Shown: one piece after another, positions 14,037 through 24,694 of the stretch
Numbering within the stretch: position 1 is the stretch's first letter
How the letters are laid out: each line of letters begins with the position of its first letter
Assembly: GCA_019413955.1 (NCBI GenBank)
Contig: DXMX01000001.1
Location: 33,656-97,655 of the forward strand
Reading direction: 5' to 3'
Length of the DNA stretch: 64,000 nucleotides
Origin: Collinsella sp.
GTDB taxonomy: Bacteria; Actinomycetota; Coriobacteriia; Coriobacteriales; Coriobacteriaceae
Made by a program: the position numbers and the translations under genes
Notes under the pieces: model-generated
The model's database searches: none
Seen by the model: the letters and a program-made list of their open reading frames with translations, nothing else
What the model was told of the DNA's origin: nothing

Positions 14037-14107
14037 CCAAACGTGTACGTCAGCCTCCAAAGATGTCGAAAATTGTCGGTTTTGGAGGGTGACGTACATG
14101 TTTTTGG
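14037..14107. repeat. Right palindrome flanking the 13008-14015 gene
   Basis: CGTGTACGTCAGCCTC-N27-GAGGGTGACGTACATG. Confidence 0.85.
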
Positions 14108-14204
14108 TGAGGGGCGGGCTCGAATCTCTCCTCCTTCGCCGTGTTTGTTTGTAAGGGACTCAAAACAAAAAAGCTCCCATTCTCGGGAGCTTTCTCAACC
14201 AAAA

Positions 14205-14295
14205 TGGCGGAGGAGGAGGGATTCGAACCCTCGTGACCTTATACAGGCCAAACGGTTTTCGAGACCGCCGCATTCAACCACTCTGCCACCCCTCC
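14205..14295 (-). tRNA. tRNA-Ser(CGA)
   Basis: Reverse complement GGAGGGGTGGCAGAGTGG...CTCGAAA...long variable arm...GGTTCGAATCC...CCGCCA. Confidence 0.96.
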
Positions 14296-14343
14296 GCGTG
14301 GGGTAAAAACAAAGCAGGCTCGAAGGCCTGCTTTGGAATTAAC

Positions 14344-14434
14344 TGGCGGAGAGTCAGGGATTTGAACCCTGGAGACGCTTTTGACGCCTACACGATTTCC
14401 AATCGTGCTCCTTCGGCCACTCGGACAACTCTCC
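14344..14434 (-). tRNA. tRNA-Ser(GGA)
   Basis: Reverse complement GGAGAGTTGTCCGAGTGG...CACGATTGGAAATCGTG...GTTCAAATCC...CCGCCA. Confidence 0.96.
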
Positions 14435-14450
14435 GTTAAATGCGAAAGTC

Positions 14451-14478
14451 AGTATACACGAGGAATCGCAAAGTGCAA
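14451..14478 (-). promoter_or_regulatory. Promoter of tRNA-Ser pair
   Basis: Minus strand TTGCAC-N16-TATACT. Confidence 0.55.
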
Positions 14479-14877
14479 ACAGAAAAGTTGGCATTTTTTA
14501 AAACGCTCGGCCGCGCTTGGCGTTGCAGTGGGGTTTGAGGTGCCAAAAAAAACGGCTTCCGACCAGCGTGGTTGATCAACTCAATTGTTCAAAAGGGGTA
14601 TTCATAAGCGACTTGGCAATGAATTTAAAAATCTTTGGGTGGTGCTGTGGACCACTGGTATGCATTTTGCGACCACAGCCTTGTGCCCGTTGACCTGTGG
14701 CTTGGCTCAGCTTGTCCCCACGGCACCGTATCGTGTCCACAGATTCGTCAAGCTTTTGGTAAGCATTTGGTTGGAATGCGCATGAAACGTCGTGCGAGTA
14801 TGGGCATATGTGGAGGTCATGAGGTTGTAGCTGCAAATTCTTGCAGCCTAGGAGGTTGAAAGATATTATTACCAAGT

Positions 14878-14935
14878 CTTTTCCTGCTTCAGGCGCACCT
14901 TCACGACCTGAAGCCACATTTGCCCAGAGGAGGTG
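14878..14935 (+). promoter_or_regulatory. Putative S6:S18 ribosomal leader RNA
   Basis: TTCCT can pair with SD AGGAG around inner stem GCTTCAGG/CCTGAAGC followed by a CCA (CCR) motif; upstream promoter TTGCAG-N17-TATTAT at 14841-14869. Confidence 0.6.
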
Positions 14936-14940
14936 ACAAT

Positions 14941-15234
14941 ATGAAGGCTTATGAACTGCTGTTCTTTGTTGACCCGTCGCTCGACCCCGAGACTCGTCTC
15001 GCTGTTATGAAGCGTATCGATACCACGATCGCTGAGGGCGCTGGCAAGGTCGACTCCGTTGACGAGTGGGGCAAGCGCAAGCTCGCCTACGAGATCAACG
15101 ACCTCACCGATGGTGACTACACCCTCATCAACTTCCACGCAGATCCTACCCAGATCGCCGAGCTTGATCGCGTCCTGCGCATCACCGACGCTGTGGTCCG
15201 CCACATGATCGTCCGTCGCGACGACCAGGAGTAA
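14941..15234 (+). CDS. rpsF: 30S ribosomal protein S6
   Basis: MKAYEL...WGKRKLAYEI...VVRHMIVR; ATG after GGAGGTG. Confidence 0.97.
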   Translation: MKAYELLFFVDPSLDPETRLAVMKRIDTTIAEGAGKVDSVDEWGKRKLAYEINDLTDGDYTLINFHADPTQIAELDRVLRITDAVVRHMIVRRDDQE

Positions 15235-15282
15235 GACTGTCGTTTTGGACTGGGCTTGTGCCCCAAGAGGAAGTAGTGAGTT

Positions 15283-15735
15283 ATGAGCATCAATCGAGTG
15301 AACATCACCGGTAACCTCACCCGCGATCCCGAGCTGCGCGCCACCGCCGGCGGAACCCAGGTTCTGTCCTTTGGCGTCGCCGTGAACGATCGTCGCCGCA
15401 ACGCGCAGACTGGCGAGTGGGAGGACTATCCCAACTTTGTCGACTGCACCATGTTCGGCACCCGCGCCGAGGCCGTGAGCCGTTTCCTGGCAAAGGGAAA
15501 CAAGGTCGCGATCGAGGGCAAGCTGCGCTACAGCTCTTGGGAGCGCGACGGTCAGCGCAGGAGCAAGCTTGAGGTCATCGTCGATGAGATCGAGTTTATG
15601 AGCTCCCGTGGTGGCCAGGGTGGCTACGATCAGGGCGGTTACGCCCCCGCAGCTCCCGCGCCCGCAGCACGTCCTGCCGCACCGGTGGCTACGCCGCCCG
15701 CGGTCGACGTCTACGATGAGGACATCCCGTTCTAG
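15283..15735 (+). CDS. ssb: Single-stranded DNA-binding protein
   Basis: GNLTRDPELR OB fold, C-terminal DEDIPF. Confidence 0.97.
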   Translation: MSINRVNITGNLTRDPELRATAGGTQVLSFGVAVNDRRRNAQTGEWEDYPNFVDCTMFGTRAEAVSRFLAKGNKVAIEGKLRYSSWERDGQRRSKLEVIVDEIEFMSSRGGQGGYDQGGYAPAAPAPAARPAAPVATPPAVDVYDEDIPF

Positions 15736-15807
15736 GGGTTGTTCACCTATTTTTGAGTGAGAGGCGGCTTCGGTTCGCCGAAGTTGCCAAATGAAAGGTA
15801 TTTTGAC

Positions 15808-16074
15808 ATGGCTAATGATTTTTCTGCACGTCAGCCGCGTCGTAAGTACTGCCAGTTCTGCAAGGAGAACACTGAGTTCATTGACTATAAGGACACTCAG
15901 CTTCTCCGTAAGTACATGACCGACCGTGGCAAGATCAAGCCCCGTCGCGTCACTGGCGCTTGCACGCAGCATCAGCATGACATCGCCAACGCCATCAAGC
16001 GCGCCCGCGAGATGGCTCTCCTGCCGTACACCGTCCCCGTGGTTTCCTCTCGTGGCAACCGCGACCGCGGCTAA
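15808..16074 (+). CDS. rpsR: 30S ribosomal protein S18 (zinc-binding form)
   Basis: CQFC...IDYKD...[13 protein letters not shown]...IKRAR. Confidence 0.97.
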   Translation: MANDFSARQPRRKYCQFCKENTEFIDYKDTQLLRKYMTDRGKIKPRRVTGACTQHQHDIANAIKRAREMALLPYTVPVVSSRGNRDRG

Positions 16075-16089
16075 GAAGGGAGACGCATC

Positions 16090-16629
16090 ATGAAGGTTAT
16101 TCTTCTCGATGAGATCAAGGGCAAGGGCGGCGAGGGTGACGTCGTAGAGGTCGCTCAGGGTTACGCTGAGAACTTCCTGTTCCCCAAGAAGCTCGCTGTT
16201 GCCGCCACCAAGGGCAACCTCAAGCAGCTTGACGAGCGTCGCAACAACATCGCCAAGCGCGAGGCCGTCCGTCTGGCTACCGCCAACGAGACCAAGGCTG
16301 CCTTCGAGGGCAAGACGGTCACCGTTGACGTCAAGGTCGGCGACGAGGGCATCCTCTTTGGCTCCGTTACCGCCGCTATGATCGCTGATGCCATCAAGGC
16401 TCAGCTCGGTATGGACATCGACCGCAAGCGCGTCGAGCTCGGTAAGCCCATCAAGGTTGCCGGTGCCCACACCGTTGCCATCTCGCTGTACCGCGAGATC
16501 AAGGCCGAGGTTGTCGTTCTCGTCGGCGTTACCGCCGAGGAGCTCGCTGCCGAGGCTGAGGTCGAGGAGGCCGCTGAGGTCGCCGAGGCCGAGACCGCCG
16601 AGGTCGAGACTGAGGCTGCTGCCGAGTAG
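16090..16629 (+). CDS. rplI: 50S ribosomal protein L9
   Basis: MKVIL...G..GDVVEVAQGYAEN...LFGSVT; acidic Ala/Glu tail. Confidence 0.97.
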   Translation: MKVILLDEIKGKGGEGDVVEVAQGYAENFLFPKKLAVAATKGNLKQLDERRNNIAKREAVRLATANETKAAFEGKTVTVDVKVGDEGILFGSVTAAMIADAIKAQLGMDIDRKRVELGKPIKVAGAHTVAISLYREIKAEVVVLVGVTAEELAAEAEVEEAAEVAEAETAEVETEAAAE

Positions 16630-16661
16630 CATTTGCTGCAACGCAACAATCTTGTTCTAAG

Positions 16662-16700
16662 AAGGGCGCTCTGGGAGACCAGGGCGCCCTTTTGTTTTTT
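16662..16700 (+). terminator. rpsF operon terminator
   Basis: AAGGGCGCTCTGG-GAGA-CCAGGGCGCCCTT followed by T-rich tail. Confidence 0.75.
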
Positions 16701-16853
16701 GCGCTGAGTGAGTGTCATGGTGAACGTTGCGTCGAAGTCCTATATACAGGACCGTTTATCCGTTTGGTTCGGTGATGATTGGCGGCGCGCGGCGCGTTTT
16801 GGGATCGTGGCTGATACTATGGATGCTCGCAAGCGATATGAATGAGGATGCTC

Positions 16854-18245
16854 ATGGCATATGACGATAGGGAGACCGGGCTGACGGTCGAGGACCGCGG
16901 CTCAAAGTTGGGTCTTCCCCAAAACCAAGATGCAGAGGCCAATGTACTGGCCGCTATGCTGCTATCGCCCGAGGTGGTCGAAGAGGCCCAGGTCGAGCTG
17001 CAGCCCGATGACTTCTACCGGCCCATTCATAAGACCATCTATACTGCGATGGTCGATATGTACAACAGCCGCATTCCCATCGACTCCATCTCGCTGATCG
17101 ATTACCTGCGAAGCATCAACAAGCTCGATGCCGTGGGCGGCGAGGCGTACATTTTGGAGTTGATGGGTCAGACCCTGTCGCTCGTCAACTGGCAGCACCA
17201 TGCCGCCATCGTTCGCCGCGACTCGATGCTGCGCGAGCTGATCGGCGCCACCAACGAGATCAACGCGCTGGCATATAACGCCCCCACCGACACCAAAGAG
17301 GTTGTCGAGCTGGCCGAGAGCAAGCTGCTCAAGGTTACGGCGCGCGAGGTCAAGTCGAGCTACAAGACGTTGACCGAGTTTATGGTCGAGGCCTATAACG
17401 AGGCCGAGGAAGTGTGCCAGGCCGGTGGCCAGGCTGCGGGCGTGCCCACGGGCTTTCCGTCACTCGACCGCATGCTCATGGGTTTTCGCGAGGGCCAGCT
17501 CATCATCATCGGCGCCCGTCCTGCTGTAGGTAAGACGTCGTTCGCTCTGAACCTGGCGCTCAACGCTGCCGCTGCTGGTTATACCGTCGGCTTCTTCTCG
17601 CTGGAGATGTCGGGTAAGGAAATTGCCCAGCGTCTGATTTGCGCCTATGCCATGATCTCGATCAGTGACTTCCGCATGGGTCGCATTAGCCCCGAGCAGT
17701 GGGCCAATATCAACGAGGCCACGCAGACCTTGTCCAAGCTCGATATTCTGATTGACGATACGCCCGGCACCACAGTGACCGAGATTCGCGCCAAGAGCCG
17801 CCGCATGCTCCATAACAAGGAGAAGGCAATCATCATCCTGGACTACCTGCAGCTGGTGAGTCCTCCGCCGGGACGCCGCTCCGAGAGCCGTACCGTCGAG
17901 GTTTCGGAGATGTCGCGTGGTCTGAAGATCATGGCCAAGGAGCTCAAGATTCCGCTCATCGCGCTGTCGCAGCTCTCGCGTCAGGTCGAATCCCGTACCG
18001 GCAAGCGTCCGCAGCTTTCCGACCTTCGTGAATCGGGCTCTATCGAGCAGGACGCCGATATCGTCATGTTCTTGGACCGCTCCGCCGACGAGGCCGAAGC
18101 CTCGCGCGACGATCGACCCGACGAGGGCGTTACGCGTATCGTCGTGGCCAAGAACCGTTCGGGCCCGATCGGCGACGTCGACCTGATGTTCCTGCCGGCA
18201 TCCACCAAGTTCTATGAGCTTGATGGGGCACATGCCGAGGAGTAG
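16854..18245 (+). CDS. dnaB: Replicative DNA helicase
   Basis: GARPAVGKT, FSLEM, DYLQL, LSQLSR, DLRESGSIEQDAD, KNRSGP. Confidence 0.97.
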   Translation: MAYDDRETGLTVEDRGSKLGLPQNQDAEANVLAAMLLSPEVVEEAQVELQPDDFYRPIHKTIYTAMVDMYNSRIPIDSISLIDYLRSINKLDAVGGEAYILELMGQTLSLVNWQHHAAIVRRDSMLRELIGATNEINALAYNAPTDTKEVVELAESKLLKVTAREVKSSYKTLTEFMVEAYNEAEEVCQAGGQAAGVPTGFPSLDRMLMGFREGQLIIIGARPAVGKTSFALNLALNAAAAGYTVGFFSLEMSGKEIAQRLICAYAMISISDFRMGRISPEQWANINEATQTLSKLDILIDDTPGTTVTEIRAKSRRMLHNKEKAIIILDYLQLVSPPPGRRSESRTVEVSEMSRGLKIMAKELKIPLIALSQLSRQVESRTGKRPQLSDLRESGSIEQDADIVMFLDRSADEAEASRDDRPDEGVTRIVVAKNRSGPIGDVDLMFLPASTKFYELDGAHAEE

Positions 18246-18329
18246 GACAGGCGCCCGTTGCACGGGTATACTGGGAATGTTTTGTGCTTCTGCGTGCCGG
18301 CGTGGCGCGTAGACAGTCCATGAATGTAA

Positions 18330-19625
<1,296 letters not shown>

Positions 19626-19743
19626 TCGGCACTATTCGGTTATTGCGATATACCCCTTTGCAGCCCAGGCGGGCGGCCGAGGGGTATATTTGCTTGCAAA
19701 GGGCTCGCGCGGAGCGGGCCGTTCATCCATAGAGGAGGCACCC

Positions 19744-21048
19744 TTGAAGGCGGACACTCAAACCATCGACATCCTGTTGTTGGGCAGCGGCGGCCGCGAG
19801 CATGCTCTGGCAGCAAAGCTCGCAGCATCACCGCGCGCCGGCAAGCTCTACATCGCGCCGGGTAACGGCGGCACCGCGAGCTGCGGCGAGAACGTTGTTC
19901 TCGACGATTGCGATCCTGCGGCCGTGGCGGCGTTTGCCCAGAGCCACGGATGCGGACTCGTGGTAATTGGCCCCGAGGCTCCGCTCGTGGCGGGCGTGGC
20001 CGACGCCGTGCGCGCGGCGGGTATTCCCTGCTTTGGCCCGGGTGCCGAGGGCGCCCAGATGGAGGGCTCCAAGCTGTTCTCCAAGCAGCTCATGGAGCGT
20101 GCCGGCATTCCGACGGCCGCCTATGGCTCGTTCACCGACGAGGCTTCAGCTCTCGCCTACGTGCGCGAGCAGGGCGCCCCGCTGGTCGTGAAGGCAGACG
20201 GCCTGGCCGCAGGCAAGGGCGTTATCGTGGCGACTGAGCTCGAGCAGGCCGAAGAGGCCGTGCGTGAGTGCTTTGGCGGAGCCTTTGGTGATGCTGGCAA
20301 TACCGTTGTCATTGAGGAGATGCTGGTTGGCCCCGAGTGCTCGCTGCTGGCCTTTACCGACGGCAAGACCGTGCGCCCCATGGCCACTTCGCAGGACCAC
20401 AAGCGTGCGCTCGAGGGCGACCTTGGCCCCAACACCGGTGGCATGGGCGTTTACAGCCCGGTACCCATCGTGACCGACGAGGAGCACGCCACCATGGTGG
20501 AGGTCATGGAGCAGACCGTGGCCGAGCTCGCTGCCGAGGGCATCGACTACCGCGGCTGCCTGTACGGCGGCTTTATGCTCACCCCCGCCGGCCCCAAGGT
20601 TCTGGAGTTCAACGCCCGCTTTGGCGACCCCGAGACGCAGGTCGTGCTGCCGCGCCTCAAGAACGACCTGGTCGAGGTTATGCTCGCCTGCGCCAACTGC
20701 GAGCTTGATCAGATTGAGCTCGATTGGCGTGACGAGTGGGCCGTGGCTGTTGTTCTGACGAGCGCGGGCTATCCCGGCAGCTACGAGAAGGGCAAAGTCA
20801 TCACCGGCATCGCCGACGCCGAGTCCATGGAGAACGTGACCGTGTACCATGCCGGCACCGCCGTGGTGGACGGTCAGCTCGTGACCAACGGCGGCCGAGT
20901 GCTTGCCGTGACCGCGCTGGGCGACACGTTCGAGAACGCTCGCAACCTTGCCTACGAGGCCTGCGAGAAGATTGATTTTGAGGGCAAGACCCTGCGTCAT
21001 GACATCGGCCTGCGCGCGCTGCGTGGCCGCGACGCCTGGGATGCCTAA
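19744..21048 (+). CDS. purD: Phosphoribosylamine-glycine ligase
   Basis: GSGGREHA, KADGLAAGKGV, GPNTGGMG, EFNARFGDPE; TTG start after GAGGAGG. Confidence 0.97.
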   Translation: MKADTQTIDILLLGSGGREHALAAKLAASPRAGKLYIAPGNGGTASCGENVVLDDCDPAAVAAFAQSHGCGLVVIGPEAPLVAGVADAVRAAGIPCFGPGAEGAQMEGSKLFSKQLMERAGIPTAAYGSFTDEASALAYVREQGAPLVVKADGLAAGKGVIVATELEQAEEAVRECFGGAFGDAGNTVVIEEMLVGPECSLLAFTDGKTVRPMATSQDHKRALEGDLGPNTGGMGVYSPVPIVTDEEHATMVEVMEQTVAELAAEGIDYRGCLYGGFMLTPAGPKVLEFNARFGDPETQVVLPRLKNDLVEVMLACANCELDQIELDWRDEWAVAVVLTSAGYPGSYEKGKVITGIADAESMENVTVYHAGTAVVDGQLVTNGGRVLAVTALGDTFENARNLAYEACEKIDFEGKTLRHDIGLRALRGRDAWDA

Positions 21049-21060
21049 AGTCCGAGAGGG

Positions 21061-21765
21061 ATGAGACGGATGGACGAGAAGAACGAAGAGCTCGTGGACG
21101 CGCAGATCGTCGAAGAGGACAGCCGCATGTATGGGCACGCCGAGGGCGAGCCTGGTGGCGAGGTCGCTGACGAGCCGGCGCTGGTGCTGGGCGACGACGA
21201 CCCGCACGATGCCGAGCTGCACGAGAAGATTCTTTCGGAGGAGTGCGCCTGGAAGGGCAAGATCCTCGACGTCCACCGTCTTGAGGTTGAACTGCCCAAC
21301 GGTCGCCGTAGCGCCCGCGATATCGTTCGCCATCCGGGTGCGGCGGCCGTTGTGGCACTGACCGAGAGCGGCAAGATCGTACTGGTGCGTCAGTACCGCA
21401 CCGCCATCGACCGCGTGACGGTCGAGGTTCCCGCCGGCAAGCTCGACCCAGGCGAGGACCCGCTCGATTGCGCCAAGCGCGAGCTGCATGAGGAGACGGG
21501 CTTTAGGGCTGGTCGCATTCGCTTTTTGACGTCGATTGTCACGTCCTGCGGTTTTTGCGACGAGATCATTCACATCTACTTGGCTACCAAGCTCGAGTTT
21601 GATGCGCCCAACCCCGATGATGACGAGTTCGTCAACGTGGACCTCGTTCCGCTGCACGAGCTGATCGACGCCGTGCTCGACGGCAAGATCGAAGATGCTA
21701 AGACCGTCGTGGGCGCCTTGGCCTGCGATAGCATCGCGCACCGCCTTGGGGGCGCGGAGCTTTAA
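21061..21765 (+). CDS. NUDIX hydrolase (ADP-ribose pyrophosphatase-like)
   Basis: Nudix box PAGKLDPGEDPLDCAKRELHEETG; HPGA, RQYR, DAKT motifs. Confidence 0.92.
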   Translation: MRRMDEKNEELVDAQIVEEDSRMYGHAEGEPGGEVADEPALVLGDDDPHDAELHEKILSEECAWKGKILDVHRLEVELPNGRRSARDIVRHPGAAAVVALTESGKIVLVRQYRTAIDRVTVEVPAGKLDPGEDPLDCAKRELHEETGFRAGRIRFLTSIVTSCGFCDEIIHIYLATKLEFDAPNPDDDEFVNVDLVPLHELIDAVLDGKIEDAKTVVGALACDSIAHRLGGAEL

Positions 21766-21847
21766 CGAGTGGGGATAGCCCTGGGACAAGTACTACTGAT
21801 TGCTTTGTCCCAGGGCCTTACGTTGCTGATATTTCTTTGAGGATCAC

Positions 21848-23620
21848 ATGCTGAAGAGGTTTCTTTCGTATTACAAGCCCCAGATGGGGCTTTTTGTTGC
21901 TGATACTGTTTGTGCTCTGGTGCTTGCCGCCATTGACCTGGCGTTCCCCATTATCCTGCGCAATTTGACCGGTGGGCTATTTACTCAGGGTCAGGCTGCC
22001 ATTATGCAGGCGCTCGGCATGATCGCGGTGGGCTTGGTGCTGATGTATGTCATCCGCTGCGCCTGCCGATACTTTGTGAGCTATTGGGGCCACGTGATGG
22101 GCGCGCGCATGGAGTCCAAAATGCGCGAGGACCTGTTTGACCAGTACGAGCGCTTTAGCTTTGCGTACTTCGACCGCAACAGCTCGGGCGACATGATGAG
22201 CCGCGTGGTCAACGACCTGTTCGATATCTGCGAGGCGGCGCATCACGTACCCGAGTGGATCATCATCTGCGGTATCGAGATTATCGGCTCGTTTGTGATC
22301 CTCTTTACCATCGCCCCGGTGCTGGCGCTCGCCATGGCCGTGGTGACGGCGGCGTTTGCGGTCATCATGTTTTGGCAGAACATGCGCATGCGCGAGGTCT
22401 TTAGCGACAACCGCAAGAAGATCAGCGGCATCAATGCGCAGCTGCAGGATTCGCTGGCGGGCATGCGCGTGGTCAAGAGCTTTGCCAATGAGGAGACCGA
22501 ACGTTTCAAGTTCCGCGCCTCCAACAATCGCTATCTTTCGTCCAAGGAGAACATGTATCACGCCATGGGCGTCTATACCGCGACGTATGGCCTGCTCTCG
22601 GGTGTGCTCTATGTGATCGTGGTGCTGCTGGGCGGCTGGCTGGTCGCCCAGGGACAGCTGCAGGCGGTCGATATGGCGACCTTTGCACTCTATATTTCGC
22701 TGTTCTGCACGCCGCTCGAGACGCTCGTCAATTCGGCCGAAACGTATCAGAAGGCCATCGCCGGCTTTAAGCGTATGGACGAGGTGCTCTCGACCGCGCC
22801 GGATATCCAGGACAAGCCGGGCGCTACGGATCTGCAGGTGACTGCCGGCGTCGTGGAGTATCACGACGTGTGCTTTAACTACGAGGATGTTGAGCTGGGC
22901 GAGGGCGATGCCGATGAGCGTCCTGTTATCGACCACATGGACCTGTCTATCAAGCCCGGCCAGACCATCGCTTTGGTTGGCCCTTCGGGCGGCGGCAAGT
23001 CCACGACCTGTTCGCTGCTGCCGCGCTTTTATGACGTGGCTGCCGGATCCATTAGCATCGACGGTCAGGACGTGCGCGATGTGACGCAGCAGAGCCTGCG
23101 CCGCGCCATCGGCCTGGTGCAGCAGGATGTCTATCTATTTGACGGTACGATTGGCGAGAACATCGCCTACGGCAAGCCGGGCGCTACGGCAGAAGAGATC
23201 GCCGAGGCCGCCCGTCGCGCCAACATCGATGCCTTTATCGAGTCGCTTCCGCAGGGCTATAACACGGTCGTGGGCGAGCGCGGTAGCCGTCTTTCGGGCG
23301 GACAGAAGCAGCGTGTTGCCATCGCGCGCGTGTTCCTCAAGAACCCCAAAATCTTGATCTTGGACGAGGCGACGAGTGCTTTGGATAACGAGAGCGAGGA
23401 GGCGGTGCAGGAGTCACTCGAAGAGCTGGCACGCGGCCGCACCACGATTATCATCGCCCACCGTCTTTCGACCATTAAGCATGCCGATGAGATTGCGACC
23501 GTTGAGCATGGTCGCGTTGTGGAGCGTGGCACGCACGAGGAGCTTCTCGCCCGTGGCGGCACCTATGCCCGTTACTATCGAATGCAGTTCGAAGGTGCGC
23601 GTGCGCACGAGCTCGACTGA
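21848..23620 (+). CDS. ABC exporter, fused permease/ATP-binding protein
   Basis: 6 TM domain plus GPSGGGKS, LSGGQKQR, LILDEATS. Confidence 0.94.
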   Translation: MLKRFLSYYKPQMGLFVADTVCALVLAAIDLAFPIILRNLTGGLFTQGQAAIMQALGMIAVGLVLMYVIRCACRYFVSYWGHVMGARMESKMREDLFDQYERFSFAYFDRNSSGDMMSRVVNDLFDICEAAHHVPEWIIICGIEIIGSFVILFTIAPVLALAMAVVTAAFAVIMFWQNMRMREVFSDNRKKISGINAQLQDSLAGMRVVKSFANEETERFKFRASNNRYLSSKENMYHAMGVYTATYGLLSGVLYVIVVLLGGWLVAQGQLQAVDMATFALYISLFCTPLETLVNSAETYQKAIAGFKRMDEVLSTAPDIQDKPGATDLQVTAGVVEYHDVCFNYEDVELGEGDADERPVIDHMDLSIKPGQTIALVGPSGGGKSTTCSLLPRFYDVAAGSISIDGQDVRDVTQQSLRRAIGLVQQDVYLFDGTIGENIAYGKPGATAEEIAEAARRANIDAFIESLPQGYNTVVGERGSRLSGGQKQRVAIARVFLKNPKILILDEATSALDNESEEAVQESLEELARGRTTIIIAHRLSTIKHADEIATVEHGRVVERGTHEELLARGGTYARYYRMQFEGARAHELD

Positions 23621-23639
23621 TTGATATGACAGGAAGTTT

Positions 23640-24605
23640 ATGGCTGACAAGAACCCTTTGACTCCGGAAGAAGTGACGGAGTTATTCTCCGAAATCGATG
23701 CATCCGGCGTCTTGGATCCCACGCTCGCCAAAAAGCGTACCGAGCGCATGCGTGAGAAGGAGGCTGCGGCCAAGCGCGGTGACAAAGCGGCGCTAGCGCA
23801 GCTGCGCAGCGAGGACCGCGCGAGCCAGGCAAAACATATCGACCCGCTGTCCGAGGACGATCCTTCGGGCTCGCAGGTGAGCCATACCATTACGAAGACC
23901 GCGATGGCCGTGGTCATCGGTATTTTGGTGCTGATCGTGGGCATGCAGATTGGCTACGGCGTGATGCGTCGTCTGAACACCGCCAACCTGTCCGAGAGCG
24001 TTTCGGTCGATACCGTTTCGACCGCGCTCAAGGGCGGACTTGAATGGGGCAACGGCTTTACGCAGTTCCCGCTCGACTTTACCGTCGATGAAGCCGATGA
24101 ACGCACGGGCACGGTCGAGGTGACGGTGTTGGACACATCGTCTGCCAACGAGCTCGAGCTGCTGTCCAACGGGCAGATTCAGGCCGCGGCGCTTGCGACC
24201 AACGCGTTGCTCAACGATAAGATCGACCGCGTGGTGTATAACGTTCACGCCTATATCGACGAGGATAGCAACATTCAGCACGATTCCTTCTTTGGCATGT
24301 TTCCTGCGCGGGGTCATCAGAGCGCCATCCTGACGTTCGTGTGGACCAAGAGCTCATCCAACGCCACGAGTATCGACTGGAAGATGCGCATCGTGAGTAT
24401 GGATGACACCATCGCCGAGCGCATTCAAAAACAGGTGAACTCGGTGTCGTCGTTGATTGAGGACCCGGTGGTGAGCCAGACCAAGATTGACGAGGAAAAG
24501 GCCGAACGTGACCTGGAGCATCGTCTGCATGGCCGCGAGATTTTCCGCGGCGGCAAGCCCGACCGAACGCCGTCCGATCTGCTGGAACAGGACAAGAAAA
24601 AGTAA
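23640..24605 (+). CDS. Hypothetical single-pass membrane protein
   Basis: One TM at ~aa 88-108; genome-typical codon usage. Confidence 0.75.
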   Translation: MADKNPLTPEEVTELFSEIDASGVLDPTLAKKRTERMREKEAAAKRGDKAALAQLRSEDRASQAKHIDPLSEDDPSGSQVSHTITKTAMAVVIGILVLIVGMQIGYGVMRRLNTANLSESVSVDTVSTALKGGLEWGNGFTQFPLDFTVDEADERTGTVEVTVLDTSSANELELLSNGQIQAAALATNALLNDKIDRVVYNVHAYIDEDSNIQHDSFFGMFPARGHQSAILTFVWTKSSSNATSIDWKMRIVSMDDTIAERIQKQVNSVSSLIEDPVVSQTKIDEEKAERDLEHRLHGREIFRGGKPDRTPSDLLEQDKKK

Positions 24606-24611
24606 GACGCC

Positions 24612-24654
24612 ATCGTCCCGCGTGAGCCGCAAGCCCACGCGGGATGATTTTTTT
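24612..24654 (+). terminator. Terminator upstream of carA promoter region
   Basis: ATCGTCCCGCGTG...CACGCGGGATGAT followed by T run. Confidence 0.65.
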
Positions 24655-24676
24655 GGGACGGGGATTAAAAAATCAT

Positions 24677-24694
24677 TATGCATAGAAAGTCATA
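24677..24694. promoter_or_regulatory. Putative ARG box (ArgR site) upstream of carAB
   Basis: TATGCATAGAAAGTCATA resembles TGCAT-N4-ATGCA/ATTCA in an AT-rich patch. Confidence 0.4.

Noticed and set aside
14110..14295. tRNA-Ser(CGA) as attachment site of an integrated element
   Set aside because: No duplicated tRNA 3' end and no integrase found in the window.
16530..16629. GCCGAG-type short repeats at the end of rplI (and Pro-rich repeats at 59845-59930)
   Set aside because: Coding low-complexity tails or linkers, not independent repeats.
19660..19680. GCCCGCCTGGGC on the minus strand between purA and purD resembles the 3' hairpin of a ZMP/ZTP riboswitch
   Set aside because: Wrong strand for purD, and the required 5' domain (GACTGGCG...GGGGAG) is not present.
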